Of a stretch of 63,609 nucleotides of DNA, positions 1-9,793 are shown piece by piece. Position 1 is the stretch's first letter; the number at the start of each line of letters is the position of its first letter. The stretch is from Litorilinea aerophila (GTDB lineage: Bacteria; Chloroflexota; Anaerolineae; Caldilineales; Caldilineaceae), in the NCBI GenBank assembly GCA_945905745.1, contig CAMDQF010000001.1, positions 1-63,609 of the forward strand. Direction: 5' to 3'. The notes below the pieces were generated by a model. The model ran no database searches and had not been told where the DNA came from. It worked only from the letters and a program-made list of their open reading frames with translations. The position numbers were made by a program, and so were the translations under genes.

Positions 1-63
1 TTCAGAAAAGTCGCTTGCTTTCTTGACGCGCAGAATCTCTAGTTCTCGTTGGGCGATGGTCAT
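1..63 (-). CDS. hypothetical protein, first 21 codons only (gene runs off the left edge)
   Basis: ATG at 63-61 (MTIAQRELEILRVKKASDFSE...). AGGAGG (rc of 71-76) lies 7 nt upstream. Too short to assign a family. Confidence 0.35.
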   Translation of the reverse strand, partial: MTIAQRELEILRVKKASDFSE

Positions 64-240
64 CAGATATCCTCCTGGATGTGGGTTCTATCTGATTATC
101 CTCGCCTCCTACGCCTGTAGTCAAGTGGCGAATAATTCCTGACACTAACGAAAAAGTCGAATTTCTTTCGCGCAAACGTATTATACCCGTTCTGCCTCGG
201 TTCCGGCAACCGCTCACAAACCACCCCTCTACGCCCCACC

Positions 241-269
241 TTGACGGACCAGAGTTCAGTCGGTATCAT
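241..269 (+). promoter_or_regulatory. sigma70-like promoter candidate
   Basis: TTGACG (241-246), 17-nt spacer, TATCAT (264-269). Upstream of the ORFs starting at 354/361. Confidence 0.4.
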
Positions 270-360
270 ACCAGTCAGTTGATTTCCAGGGTGTAGGCTG
301 GGTTCTTTTTCTAAACGGATACACCGCCACATAAACAGGAGAGAGACTTCTTTATGGCCC

Positions 361-666
361 GTGGCCCTCGTTCTTCCCCTTCTGGCACTTGTGCTGGCAG
401 GGGAAGTGCTTGCCGAGGCCGCGGCTGCCACCTTTGCGCTTTTCAGGGGTACCAGCCTGGGCAGTCTGAGCATCCAGCTCAATCTTTTTGGCAGTGGTCG
501 GGCGCTGATCTTCCGCAACGGGCTGGCCTACGAAGGGACGTGGCAAAGCAACAGCGGGGGCGATATGCCCCGTTTCTTCGACGGCGAAGGACGGGAGATT
601 GCCTTGAAGCCGGGGAAAAGCTGGGGCAGTATCGTCCCCATTACCTACGCCATCGCTTATCAGTAG
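361..666 (+). CDS. hypothetical protein; the C-terminal ~60 aa resemble the C-terminal domain of DUF3048 (YerB-like) proteins, possibly a truncated remnant
   Basis: Tail ...FRNGLAYEGTWQSNSGGDMPRFFDGEGREIALKPGKSWGSIVP recalled as DUF3048_C-like. The ORF is far shorter than the ~350 aa typical of that family. It has a GTG start and no good RBS. Confidence 0.35.
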   Translation: MALVLPLLALVLAGEVLAEAAAATFALFRGTSLGSLSIQLNLFGSGRALIFRNGLAYEGTWQSNSGGDMPRFFDGEGREIALKPGKSWGSIVPITYAIAYQ

Positions 667-708
667 TCAACGTATCAACCAGATGCCAGACAAAGAGGGC
701 GGCCCATT

Positions 709-1221
709 ATGCCTGAACAACTGATCTGCGTGGCCGGTCTGCCCGGCTCTGGTAAATCGGTCGTAGCCCAGATGATAGCTACAAAGCTGGACGGTCTGCT
801 CCTGCGCACAGATGCCATACGCAAGGAGCTTTTTGCCGTGCCGGACTACAGCCCGACAGAGAGCATCCGCACATATGCCGAATTCAATCGTCGGGCCGAG
901 GATGGATTGGCCGCGGGTCGGGTTGTGGTGATGGACGCCACGTTCTACTCCCGCGCCAGCCGGGAAGAAGCCGCCTCCATCGCCCGACGGCTGGGTCACC
1001 CCTGGCATCTGCTGCTGATCAGCGCACCGGAGGAGCTGGTGCAAGAACGCATTGCTCGACGCACCAACGACATATCCGACGCAGATTTTCGGGTCTATTT
1101 GGAGATGAAAGCCATCTTCGAGCCGGTGACGGAAGCGCACACGGCCATTGATAATCGAAGTGGGATGAATGAGTTGTCGGCCCTGGTCGATCGTTGGTGG
1201 ACGAATGTTAACCAAATGTGA
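709..1221 (+). CDS. P-loop kinase / AAA_33-type ATPase
   Basis: Walker A GLPGSGKS at the N-terminus. Size of 170 aa is typical of small predicted kinases. Confidence 0.8.
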   Translation: MPEQLICVAGLPGSGKSVVAQMIATKLDGLLLRTDAIRKELFAVPDYSPTESIRTYAEFNRRAEDGLAAGRVVVMDATFYSRASREEAASIARRLGHPWHLLLISAPEELVQERIARRTNDISDADFRVYLEMKAIFEPVTEAHTAIDNRSGMNELSALVDRWWTNVNQM

Positions 1222-1274
1222 ATCATTTGTTCATCCCAGTCCCGTAGCATAAAAAAGCAAAATGCGTATGCGTT

Positions 1275-1311
1275 CCAGCCCAGCCTCTCTTGTATTGCCT
1301 GGGCTGGTTTG
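1275..1311 (+). terminator. hairpin downstream of the kinase gene
   Basis: CCAGCCCAG (1275-1283) pairs with CTGGGCTGG (1299-1307), followed by TTTGT. The T-run is weak. Confidence 0.35.
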
Positions 1312-1400
1312 TGGTATACTGGCGGACAAGCAGGCCGAGCCGAGGGCGATACCGGCGGTCCATTTATGCAAAATCGTCGGTTGTCATGACACTGTAGCGA

Positions 1401-3137
1401 ATGAGAGATTTGACACCCGTGGAAACTCCCCTCACCCGCCAGAAATCGATAGCTGTGACACCCGCCGGGCAGACTGTCCGCCTGCGATGGCTCAGTGGTC
1501 GCCAGCTACGCCGGATGCGCGAAGCCGGGTTGGCCTACGCTTTCTTGATCCCCTCGATTCTGATTATCGGACTTTTTGGACTCTTCCCCCTGGCCTTTGC
1601 CGCCTATGAAAGTACACTCAAGGGATTGAACAAGGTAGTTGGAACCCCGGACGGTCTGGGCAACTATTTCAAAGCCGTGGACAATCTGGCCTACGTTCTC
1701 GGCTTTTGGATTGCGGCGGCGGCCGCGGTCTTTGCCGTGCGCGGCGTGCTGGGAATTTTGCAGGATCAGCGGGAGTACAACTCCCGTCCCTGGCCCTGGC
1801 TGATCCCCGGCGCACTGGTAGCGGTGAGCGTGGCTATCTTCACGCGTTTCGTCTTTCTGCTCCTGCCCGAGCTGCTGGATGTGCCCAGCAAATTGCGCGG
1901 AGCAGCCAACACCCGGGAAAACTTTATGGCCTTGGTGAAGGAAGCCTGGCTCTTACCAGATGTGCAGCAGGCCTTTTGGGCCAGCGTCGTCATACTTCTA
2001 GTGGGCGTGGCTGCGGCGGGGGCCGTCAACCGTATGGAAACGCGACGGCGCGCCCTGCCCCGTATCTACTTTAGCGAATTTTTTACGGCTACTCTGCTGA
2101 CAATCAGCGCCATCATCTTGGGCTGGTTCACCTGGGAGCAGGTCAATCTGGCCTACACAGCAGCCCTTGAAACGGGCGAGGGGCTGGACATCTGGTCTCA
2201 GATCGTCACCATCAGTGCGGGATTTTTGTTGCTGCTGGCGGCCTGGTGGCTGTGGGAGAGCGCAAGCGACAGAACATCCAATGTGAGTCTGGCTTTGCGG
2301 CTGGGTGGCGCGTCGATGCTGATGGTGGGGGGTTGGCTGCTCATCAGCGAATTGCCCCAGGCTGTTGCCGCCGGTGACAAAGATTGGTGGCAGGGCTTGC
2401 TGGCGACTCTCTATTATGTGATTGGCACTGTACCCATACAGTTGGGGATTTCTCTGGTGCTGGCGGTGATGCTGTTTCAGAAGATTCGGGGGCAGACTTT
2501 CTTCCGAATGGTCTACTTCCTGCCCTACATTGCGCCTTTTGTGGGTACGGCAGCCGTGTTTCGCATCCTCTTTTCCGCCAAGCCTAACGCCCCGGTCAAC
2601 AGCTTCCTCACCCGGCTCGGCTTCGAGCCTATGGCCTGGCTGAATGAACCCAACGGAATTTTCCGCATTCTCGCCGACTTGGACCAGTCGGTTTCGATGG
2701 CCCTTTCCGGGCCGAGCCTGGCCCTGGTTGTGATTATGATTTATGGTATCTGGACCTTCGTGGGTTTTGATACTGTCGTCTTTCTGGCCGGGTTGGGCAG
2801 CATCCCCAAAGAGCTATACGAAGTAGCTTCGATTGACGGTGCCGGCCCCTGGGCCCAGTTCCGTCACGTCACCCTGCCTCTGCTTTCGCCCACCCTCTAT
2901 TTTCTCAGCCTTTACGCGGTCATCGGCACATTCAAAGCCTTCAACCACATCTACGTTCTGCGCAACGGCGCGGCCCTGGGCACGACAGATACGGCCAGTA
3001 TTGTGATTTTCCAGGCATTCAAGCGGGACACCCGCTATGGTTATGCCTCGGCCCTGGCAATTTTGTTGTTGATCATTATTCTGGGGATTACGGCGATCAA
3101 CAACCGCATCGCCAGCCGGAGGGTTTTCTATGGTTAA
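1401..3137 (+). CDS. carbohydrate ABC transporter permease (MalF-like) with a large extra N-terminal membrane region
   Basis: C-terminal binding-protein-dependent permease core with an EAA-type loop ([24 protein letters not shown]). About 300 extra hydrophobic residues precede the core. Overlaps the next permease gene by 8 nt. Confidence 0.88.
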   Translation: MRDLTPVETPLTRQKSIAVTPAGQTVRLRWLSGRQLRRMREAGLAYAFLIPSILIIGLFGLFPLAFAAYESTLKGLNKVVGTPDGLGNYFKAVDNLAYVLGFWIAAAAAVFAVRGVLGILQDQREYNSRPWPWLIPGALVAVSVAIFTRFVFLLLPELLDVPSKLRGAANTRENFMALVKEAWLLPDVQQAFWASVVILLVGVAAAGAVNRMETRRRALPRIYFSEFFTATLLTISAIILGWFTWEQVNLAYTAALETGEGLDIWSQIVTISAGFLLLLAAWWLWESASDRTSNVSLALRLGGASMLMVGGWLLISELPQAVAAGDKDWWQGLLATLYYVIGTVPIQLGISLVLAVMLFQKIRGQTFFRMVYFLPYIAPFVGTAAVFRILFSAKPNAPVNSFLTRLGFEPMAWLNEPNGIFRILADLDQSVSMALSGPSLALVVIMIYGIWTFVGFDTVVFLAGLGSIPKELYEVASIDGAGPWAQFRHVTLPLLSPTLYFLSLYAVIGTFKAFNHIYVLRNGAALGTTDTASIVIFQAFKRDTRYGYASALAILLLIIILGITAINNRIASRRVFYG

Positions 3138-4041
3138 TGCGACAGCCAGTGCCGGTTCCGATATCCAGCCAAAGGCCCGCGCCTTCGGTTTAGGACGGGT
3201 CTTCATCTATGCAGTTCTAAGTCTGGGCGCAGCCGCGGCTGTCTTTCCTTTCCTGTACACAGTCAGCGTTTCGCTGATGAATTTGACCGAGGCCACGGGC
3301 GGCGCATTTTATCCGGGCCAGCTGGCAAGCGAGGGCTTTAGCTTCAGCCGGTTGCAGTGGGACAACTACACCCAGGCCTGGAACGACGCCCAGTTTTCCC
3401 GCTATTTTATGAATAGCGTCAAAGTCACGCTGATTACCCTTTCCGGCGAGATTGTCTTCTGTTCCCTGGCGGCCTATGCCTTTGCCCAGATGGAATTTCC
3501 CGGCAAGAACTTCCTCTTTGCCCTATTGCTCTCCACAATGATGCTGCCCGAAGCCATCATCTGGATTCCCAACTTTATCACCGTCTCTTGGCTGGGACGC
3601 ATCAGCCCGATTCCGTGGATCAACAACTGGCCGGCCCTGACAATTCCGTTTATGTCCGGTGCCTTTGGCATCTTTCTGTTGCGCCAGTTCTTTGCCCAAA
3701 TCCCGCGGGAGTTGTGGGATTCGGCCCAGATCGACGGCGCGGGCCATCTGCGCTACCTGTCTACCGTCGTCGTCCCCCTCTCCAAAGCGGCGGTGATGAC
3801 GCTGGTTCTCTTTGGCTTCGTGGGTTCGTGGAATTCCCTGGCCTGGCCGATTCTGGTCACAACCACACCGGACTGGCGCCCCATCTCCTATGGCCTGCTG
3901 GCCTTTCTGGACGAGGCCGGTAATCAGTTTCATTTGCAGATGGCCGGGGCCGTCATTACGATGTCTCCGATTATTGTGCTCTACTTCTTCACCCAGCAGC
4001 AATTTATAGACGGAATTGCCACGACCGGGTTGAAGGGATAG
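3130..4041 (+). CDS. carbohydrate ABC transporter permease (MalG-like)
   Basis: EAA loop [25 protein letters not shown]. Six-TM pattern. ATG at 3130 overlaps the upstream stop. Confidence 0.9.
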   Translation: MVNATASAGSDIQPKARAFGLGRVFIYAVLSLGAAAAVFPFLYTVSVSLMNLTEATGGAFYPGQLASEGFSFSRLQWDNYTQAWNDAQFSRYFMNSVKVTLITLSGEIVFCSLAAYAFAQMEFPGKNFLFALLLSTMMLPEAIIWIPNFITVSWLGRISPIPWINNWPALTIPFMSGAFGIFLLRQFFAQIPRELWDSAQIDGAGHLRYLSTVVVPLSKAAVMTLVLFGFVGSWNSLAWPILVTTTPDWRPISYGLLAFLDEAGNQFHLQMAGAVITMSPIIVLYFFTQQQFIDGIATTGLKG

Positions 4042-4144
4042 CGTATTGCGTGTTGCGTATTCCGTCAATCGTTGTTTGCTGAAACGTGAAAACGTGAAAC
4101 GTGAGATAGGACCAAATATATTCACGTTTTACGCCTTACGTTTC
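4041..4144. repeat. heptamer/octamer tandem arrays forming an imperfect palindrome (GCGTRTT x3, then GAAACGT-type units and their complement)
   Basis: gcgtatt gcgtgtt gcgtatt (4041-4061). gaaacgtgaaaacgtgaaacgtgag (4081-4105) faces ttcacgttttacgccttacgtttc (4121-4144). Confidence 0.6.
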
Positions 4145-4218
4145 AGGATGTATCTATCAGTTTTTGGATGTACTGTCCCTGTCTTACAGAGTTCACATTT
4201 CACAAGGAGAAAAACCGT

Positions 4219-5706
4219 ATGAACCTGAAACGTCTTTCGTTTCTCGCCCTGTTGGTAATGGCCGCGCTGGTTTTGGCCGCGTGTCCTGCCCCAGCCCCGG
4301 CAGCACCCGCCGAAGCACCCGCCGCGGCAGAAGCCCCGGCGGCTGCCCCTACCGAGGCTCCCGCCGCGGAACCGACGGCGGCCCCGGCAGCCGAAGCCGC
4401 CCCCACTGAGGCCCCTGCCGCTGAACCCGAAGTCTGCGCACCCGCAGCCGACGGTGCTTTGGCTGGTGTGGATCCCCGAGGCCAGAATGTGGTCTGGTGG
4501 CACAACCACTCCGGCTCTCGCGAGGAAAAGTTGGTGGCCCTCTTGAGCCAATTCGCTGGCAACGAGTGTGGTATCACCATCGAAGCCCAGAACCAGGGCA
4601 GCTACAACGACATTCGCGACAAAGTGAATGCCAGCACAGCCTCTGGCGAACTGCCCGCAGCCCTGCTCGTCGGCTACCAGAACGATCAGGCCTTCTACCA
4701 ACTCAACGAGAGCCTGGTGGACCTGAACACCTATGTAGACGACGCCACCTGGGGCTTGAGCGCCGAAGACAAAGCCGACTTCTTCCCCGGCTTCATCGAT
4801 CAGAGTGTCCATGTGATGTTCGACAACCAGCGGCTCGGCTTCCCGCCCAACCGCTCCATGGAAGTGCTCTACTACAACCAGACCTGGCTGGAAGAGCTTG
4901 GCTTTGCCGGTCCTCCCACCACCCCGGATGAATTCAAGGAACAGGCTTGCGCCGCCAGCGCTGCCAATGGCGACGGAACCGGTGGCTTTATCCTGCGCAC
5001 CGATGCCTCGGCCGTGGCCTCCTGGACCTACGCCTTTGGCGGTGATATATTGACCGAAGATGGCACTGGCTACAACTACAGCACACAAGCCACTGTGGAT
5101 GCCATGACATTCTTGAAGGGAATGGTTGACGAGGGCTGCGCTTACCTCCTCGCGGAAGGCTTCCCCAATCCTGAGTTTGCTGCGCGCCGGGCCATCTTCA
5201 CGATGGGTTCCAGTTCGGGCATTCCTTTCTATGCCACCGATGTCAACACCGTTGCCACCGACAACAAGACCGAGCCGGATGCCTGGGGTGTAGCTGCGAT
5301 CCCTTACACCACTGCTGATCCCGTGCAGAACGTCTACGGCGGCGATGTGATGGTCGCTGTCACCACACCGGAACAACAACTGGCCGCCTGGATTTTCATC
5401 AAGTGGTTCACTTCGCCTGAGATTCAGGCCCAGTGGGATATGGCCAGCGGCTACTTCCCGACCCGCGCCGGCACCGAAGCCTTCCTGACCGACTTCTATA
5501 CCGAGAATCCCCAGTGGGCACAGGCCGCGGCGTTGCTGCCCTTCAGCTACTACGAACCGCAACTGATCTCCTACACGGCTGTGCGCGATGCTGCCGAAGA
5601 GGCCATCAATGCGATTGCCCAGGGCGCAGAAATTCAAGCAACCCTGGACGGTCTGACTGAACTCGCCAACGAGACCCAGGCAGAGTTGATGTCGGAAGCC
5701 CAGTAA
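4219..5706 (+). CDS. ABC transporter extracellular solute-binding lipoprotein (sugar family)
   Basis: AAGGAGA RBS at 4205-4211, then ATG at 4219. Signal peptide with lipobox LVLAAC. A ~50-aa P/A/E-rich linker, then an SBP_bac_1-like body. Start moved in from 4168. Confidence 0.9.
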   Translation: MNLKRLSFLALLVMAALVLAACPAPAPAAPAEAPAAAEAPAAAPTEAPAAEPTAAPAAEAAPTEAPAAEPEVCAPAADGALAGVDPRGQNVVWWHNHSGSREEKLVALLSQFAGNECGITIEAQNQGSYNDIRDKVNASTASGELPAALLVGYQNDQAFYQLNESLVDLNTYVDDATWGLSAEDKADFFPGFIDQSVHVMFDNQRLGFPPNRSMEVLYYNQTWLEELGFAGPPTTPDEFKEQACAASAANGDGTGGFILRTDASAVASWTYAFGGDILTEDGTGYNYSTQATVDAMTFLKGMVDEGCAYLLAEGFPNPEFAARRAIFTMGSSSGIPFYATDVNTVATDNKTEPDAWGVAAIPYTTADPVQNVYGGDVMVAVTTPEQQLAAWIFIKWFTSPEIQAQWDMASGYFPTRAGTEAFLTDFYTENPQWAQAAALLPFSYYEPQLISYTAVRDAAEEAINAIAQGAEIQATLDGLTELANETQAELMSEAQ

Positions 5707-5708
5707 GT

Positions 5709-5768
5709 CAGTGACCAGTTATCAGTGACCAGCTTCGTCGAATGCCACTGTTTACTGATGACTGATTA
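5709..5768. repeat. heptamer array CAGTGAC/CAGTTAT facing a partly complementary CTGATGA/CTGATTA array
   Basis: gtcagtgaccagttatcagtgaccag ... ctgtttactgatgactgattactg. Pairing is imperfect. Confidence 0.45.
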
Positions 5769-5782
5769 CTGCTAACTTCAGT

Positions 5783-5824
5783 AAAGAGAGGGGGGAGTCG
5801 AATTGACTCCCCCCTCTCTTTTTT
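5783..5824. terminator. bidirectional rho-independent terminator between convergent genes
   Basis: aaagagaggggggagtc (5783-5799), loop gaatt, gactcccccctctcttt (5805-5821). An A-tract lies on one side and a T-tract on the other. Confidence 0.8.
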
Positions 5825-6602
5825 ACTTCTCCTCTTCCTTCTTTTCTTCCTGGCTGGCAGTGCGCGGTCGGTTGAAGTGCAGCCCTTTGAAGCGCTCGAA
5901 GTGGCGCAGGCTGCCATCTTCCTGCTTCTTGCCCCAGCGCTCTTTCAACCACTTCTCCATCTCCCCCGGTTCGGGAAACTGGCTTGTGTGGCTCAGAATG
6001 GAGGCAATCTTCGTCTCGATACCCTCGGTGACATCCACCTCCACATCCGCATCTTCGTGGCCGCTGACGTAGAGTTGGTTGATTTTGTGGGGCAGATAGC
6101 CCTCGTTTGCCATATCCGGGTAGAACATCGGATTGTCTGCAGCCGGGAAGATAGCCTCCATCGCCACCAGACCTGCGTTGCGGTGGTCAGGGTGGTTGAT
6201 GTAGCCGTTCCCGGAAAAATAGCGATCCGGGCTGGAGCAGATAATCAGTTGGGGGCGGATGCGCCGGATTTCCCGGGTCACCCGCTTGCGAATTTCCGGC
6301 GTGGGACGCAGGAAACCATCCTCCTCGTCCATAAAAATCACACTCTTCACCCCGGAGAGGGCGGCGGCGGCCCGCTGCTCCTCCTTGCGCATCAGGATCA
6401 ACTGATTGCGGGTGATCAACGGGTTGTGGTTGCCCTTGTCCCCGTTGGTCAAAATCATATAGGTCACTTCAATGCCCTGGGCGGCCATTTGTATGGCCGT
6501 GCCTGCGCAGGAGAAATCCGGATCATCCGGGTGGGCCATAATCACCAGCACACGTTCCACGCCGCTCCAATCCGGTGGCTGCATCTTCTTTTCCTCGCTC
6601 AT
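5823..6602 (-). CDS. PIG-L / LmbE-family N-acetylglucosaminyl deacetylase
   Basis: [17 protein letters not shown] motif (AHPDD). 259 aa. Confidence 0.85.
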   Translation of the reverse strand: MSEEKKMQPPDWSGVERVLVIMAHPDDPDFSCAGTAIQMAAQGIEVTYMILTNGDKGNHNPLITRNQLILMRKEEQRAAAALSGVKSVIFMDEEDGFLRPTPEIRKRVTREIRRIRPQLIICSSPDRYFSGNGYINHPDHRNAGLVAMEAIFPAADNPMFYPDMANEGYLPHKINQLYVSGHEDADVEVDVTEGIETKIASILSHTSQFPEPGEMEKWLKERWGKKQEDGSLRHFERFKGLHFNRPRTASQEEKKEEEK

Positions 6603-6698
6603 CGCACACTTCCTTCCATTTGTAGTTTCTGGGACAAGAGATACACCACGAGTTTCTTCCGAGAAACCCGCATTGTCAAATTGCTTGCAACCTGCTAG

Positions 6699-6730
6699 AA
6701 AAGAAAAACCCCTGCCAGGGCAGGGGTTTT
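6699..6730 (-). terminator. rho-independent terminator after the ferredoxin gene
   Basis: aaaacccctgcc / ggcaggggtttt stem. On the minus strand it is followed by TTTTTCTTTT. Confidence 0.7.
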
Positions 6731-6750
6731 CACATCTCCAAAGCTGCTTC

Positions 6751-7035
6751 TTAGCCGCCCATAGTCAGAGCAGCGTAGCCGGGGCCTTCGCCCTCAGTAA
6801 AGAACATTGCGTTCAGTTCCGTAGTGTAGGCATATTCTTCCGGCAGGTCCTCTTCGGGCAGAATGGCATCCACAGGACATTCGGGCACACAAGCGCCACA
6901 GTCGATGCAGGTTTCCGGATCGATGTAGTACCAGGGCCATTCTTCTTCGGGCTGACCAGGAATGATGCACTCAACCGGACACACTTCTACACAAGCACCG
7001 TCGCGAATGCACAGATCAAAAATTACGTGGGTCAT
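6751..7035 (-). CDS. ferredoxin (dicluster, 7Fe-type cysteine spacing)
   Basis: [15 protein letters not shown] and [12 protein letters not shown] motifs. 94 aa. Confidence 0.9.
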   Translation of the reverse strand: MTHVIFDLCIRDGACVEVCPVECIIPGQPEEEWPWYYIDPETCIDCGACVPECPVDAILPEEDLPEEYAYTTELNAMFFTEGEGPGYAALTMGG

Positions 7036-7251
7036 TTTGGGAAAGTCTCCTCAGAAAGAGCGGTGGTCAATAAAGTCTTGTGGCAACTGACCACCCAAAG
7101 CGGTCAGCTACAATCAAAGCAGTGATACACACAATACAATAGGCAGTAATTCAACGCAAATCCAGGAATGTTCGGAAAACACCAGCCAACGCCAGTCTCA
7201 AAAACCCAAACCGACGTACACGCAAACAGACTCGCGACCTCTATTTTTGTC

Positions 7252-7280
7252 ATTGTACCCAGCCCCTGTCGGTGTGTCAA
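7252..7280 (-). promoter_or_regulatory. consensus sigma70-type promoter about 215 nt upstream of the ferredoxin gene
   Basis: Minus strand: TTGACA (7280-7275), 17-nt spacer, TACAAT (7257-7252). Confidence 0.55.
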
Positions 7281-7285
7281 CCTCT

Positions 7286-8197
7286 TCATAGCCCCAAATC
7301 TTGCTTGATTTTGGGAACGATCGATTGGGCCGCCGCCCGGCCTGCTTCCATCAACTCCTCCTTGTGCCCCATATCAAAAAGGCTGAGATGACCAATGGCT
7401 GGCATAATCACCCGGTCCGCCTCTGCCCCTTCGTTGTGGGTGGAACGCATGAGCATATAGAGCGCGGTGACAGTCAATTCCATCACATTGCCCGGCTCTT
7501 TGTTGCCTACCCTGCCCGGCGGGAGCAGGTCCACAGCAATCACATAATCCGCCCCCAGACGCCGGGCCACGGAGACAGGCAGATTGTTCAGGGTTCCCCC
7601 ATCCACCAGCATCCGGTCACCCATACGGGTAGGGGTGAATATCCCCGGCACACTGGAACTGGCTCGCAGAGCCGCCGACAGTTTGCCAGTGTTGATAGCG
7701 ATCAGTTCGCCGCGCACAATATCCGCTGCCACCGCGGCAAAGGGAATAGAGAGTTCTTCGAATGTATTGGGGCGATCTCTCAGCAGATCTTCAATCCATT
7801 GAGCAGCTTTGTCAAAGTTGAGAAGACCCATCCGCGGAATGCCAAAGCTGGCAACTTCCAGCCAATTCAGTTTCTGCACCTCCTTGCGCATCTCCGCAGT
7901 GGTAAAGCCCGACGCATACAAGCCCCCGGCAATCGCACCGGCGCTCGTCCCTGCAATACAGTCGATAGGGATATCCGCCTCTTCCAGCACTTCCAGCACA
8001 CCGATGTGGGCCAATCCGCGTGCAGCGCCACCACCAAGCGCAAGCCCTACCCGCTGTCGGGGCGGCTTGCCTTCCCAGACGATTGGCAACGTTCTGGCTT
8101 GTACCTGACCTTCCATCGGGTTCATAGGGAATCCTTCCATATTCAGCCGTAGATGACTCTGCAACAGCAAAGAAAAATTCTTCCGCAGAGGTGACAA
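7286..8197 (-). CDS. patatin-like phospholipase
   Basis: GGGAARG oxyanion motif, GTSAG (GxSxG) and a DGG catalytic Asp motif. The exact start among several Met codons is uncertain. Confidence 0.85.
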   Translation of the reverse strand: MSPLRKNFSLLLQSHLRLNMEGFPMNPMEGQVQARTLPIVWEGKPPRQRVGLALGGGAARGLAHIGVLEVLEEADIPIDCIAGTSAGAIAGGLYASGFTTAEMRKEVQKLNWLEVASFGIPRMGLLNFDKAAQWIEDLLRDRPNTFEELSIPFAAVAADIVRGELIAINTGKLSAALRASSSVPGIFTPTRMGDRMLVDGGTLNNLPVSVARRLGADYVIAVDLLPPGRVGNKEPGNVMELTVTALYMLMRSTHNEGAEADRVIMPAIGHLSLFDMGHKEELMEAGRAAAQSIVPKIKQDLGL

Positions 8198-8355
8198 GGC
8201 CTAGTACAGCCAGGCGCAAGTATGCCAATAGATACTGACGTGGAGCGTAGTTCGTGTATCAGTTCACGCACCACGCACCAGGAAAATCACTGGCCGATCT
8301 ACGCCGCAGTATACACGCGAAATTCAGAAGAGAATTCGGCCTGTAACAGAATTCA

Positions 8356-9552
8356 TCAGTGTTCATCCGTAGCTACTTTTAAAGCAGACGTAACCCCCTG
8401 CCGGGAGACCACATCCCGCGCCAAAAAAATGGCCGAGAAGCCCGCGCCCAAAGGCAGCAGCCCCATCACCAGCATAACCAGTGGCAAACCCACGAAATCC
8501 GCAGCCTTGCCGCCCAGCCCAGTCCCCAGCGCGCCTGCCGCAAACATAAAACCCAGCACCGCACCGCTGGCCAATCCCTGGCGTTTGGGCAGCAAATTCT
8601 GGGCCATCACCACCAGAATGCTGTGGGGTGCGCCGATGAGCAGGCCGCCAAGTGCGGCGGCGACAGTGAAGGCCCAACCGCTGCTGTAGAGCATCCAAAC
8701 TGTGAAAGGCGTAGCCAGCAAAGATGCCCAAATCAGCAATGTCCGCTGGGACATCCGGTCGCCCAAAATGCCGCCGCCCAGGGTGCCGATGGCAAGGGTC
8801 AGACTGAAGATACCCACCATCAGGCCGTAATCCGACGGCGCATAGCCCTGGTCAGCCAAAAATTTGGGCAGCAGCCCATAATAACCAGACTGGGCAGTGG
8901 CGCGCAAGCCGACGACCAGCACAAAGGCGACAAAGACTGACCGCCCCGTCACTGTTTGGCTGCGCTGCTGGCCCCGGCTGACACTACGCGTCTGGTGTGC
9001 GGCGAAATCGGCGGGCCGATGCAGCCACAACGCCATCAAAAAGACCAGAGGCAGAGAAGCGCCGGCCAGTATACGCACCCCAGCCAACCCGGAACCTTCC
9101 AAGAGAACACCGGCCAGCGCTGGCCCCGCCGCCAGACCGATTTGGCCCAACAGGAAGAAGATGGCGGTGGAACTGGAGGAGCGTCCCCGGCCCGCTTCGC
9201 TGGCGTTCATTGCGCCCTGGGGATGAAAAGCTGCGCTGCCCAGCGCGGCCAGCGACATCAGCAGGAGAAGCATCGGGTAGTTGGTGGCAAATGTGGCCGC
9301 CCAATAGAAAGCAGCCGTCCAGGCCAGCCCGGCCGCACCCAACCAGCGCCCGCCGATCCTATCCGCCAGCACGCCGAAAAAGGGCTGGGTGAGGGAGCCG
9401 ACCAATTGGTAGATCATTACCCCCACACCGATCTGGCTGTTACTCAAGTCAAAGGGCACGGCCAACACAGTCAAGATCATCGCCACCGACGAACTGAGAA
9501 CGTCGATGGCCAGGTGGCCCAGAGAGACGGACGAAAGGCGGCGCAGATTCAT
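8356..9552 (-). CDS. MFS transporter
   Basis: 12-TM-like hydrophobic pattern. GGAG RBS 6 nt before the ATG at 9552. Start moved in from 9609. Confidence 0.85.
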   Translation of the reverse strand: MNLRRLSSVSLGHLAIDVLSSSVAMILTVLAVPFDLSNSQIGVGVMIYQLVGSLTQPFFGVLADRIGGRWLGAAGLAWTAAFYWAATFATNYPMLLLLMSLAALGSAAFHPQGAMNASEAGRGRSSSSTAIFFLLGQIGLAAGPALAGVLLEGSGLAGVRILAGASLPLVFLMALWLHRPADFAAHQTRSVSRGQQRSQTVTGRSVFVAFVLVVGLRATAQSGYYGLLPKFLADQGYAPSDYGLMVGIFSLTLAIGTLGGGILGDRMSQRTLLIWASLLATPFTVWMLYSSGWAFTVAAALGGLLIGAPHSILVVMAQNLLPKRQGLASGAVLGFMFAAGALGTGLGGKAADFVGLPLVMLVMGLLPLGAGFSAIFLARDVVSRQGVTSALKVATDEH

Positions 9553-9641
9553 TGGGACTCCAGTGGTGGGGATGAAGCAATAAACCGGTATACAGGATGA
9601 CCGGTTCATTGTAACAGAGAGCGCAAGCCCTCATCAAACGA

Positions 9642-9677
9642 ACGAGCCGCCTATCCAGTAGAGGATAAGCGGCTCGT
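9642..9677 (-). terminator. hairpin downstream of the 142-aa membrane protein gene
   Basis: acgagccgcctatcc / ggataagcggctcgt, 15-bp stem with 1 mismatch and a 6-nt loop. The T-run is weak. Confidence 0.4.
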
Positions 9678-9793
9678 CGGGGGACAGTTTGGAAAGATGA
9701 AAGCGGACGAAGATTGAAATGAATGAAACAATGATCAGCGCAGATCAATCAAAATCGTGAAAATCTGCGTCCTCCCCTTGCGGGCCAGAGCGT

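Noticed and set aside
354-716. 120-aa ORF with a good RBS and ATG
   Set aside because: The product is Arg/Cys/Gly-rich and looks like an off-frame reading. It is kept only as part of the frameshift/pseudogene hypothesis.
4129-5637. 502-aa minus-strand ORF antisense to the sugar-binding lipoprotein gene
   Set aside because: It is a shadow ORF of a GC-rich gene. Its composition is Gly/Arg/Ala-rich low complexity with no motif. The plus-strand frame has an RBS, a lipobox and a clear SBP fold signature.
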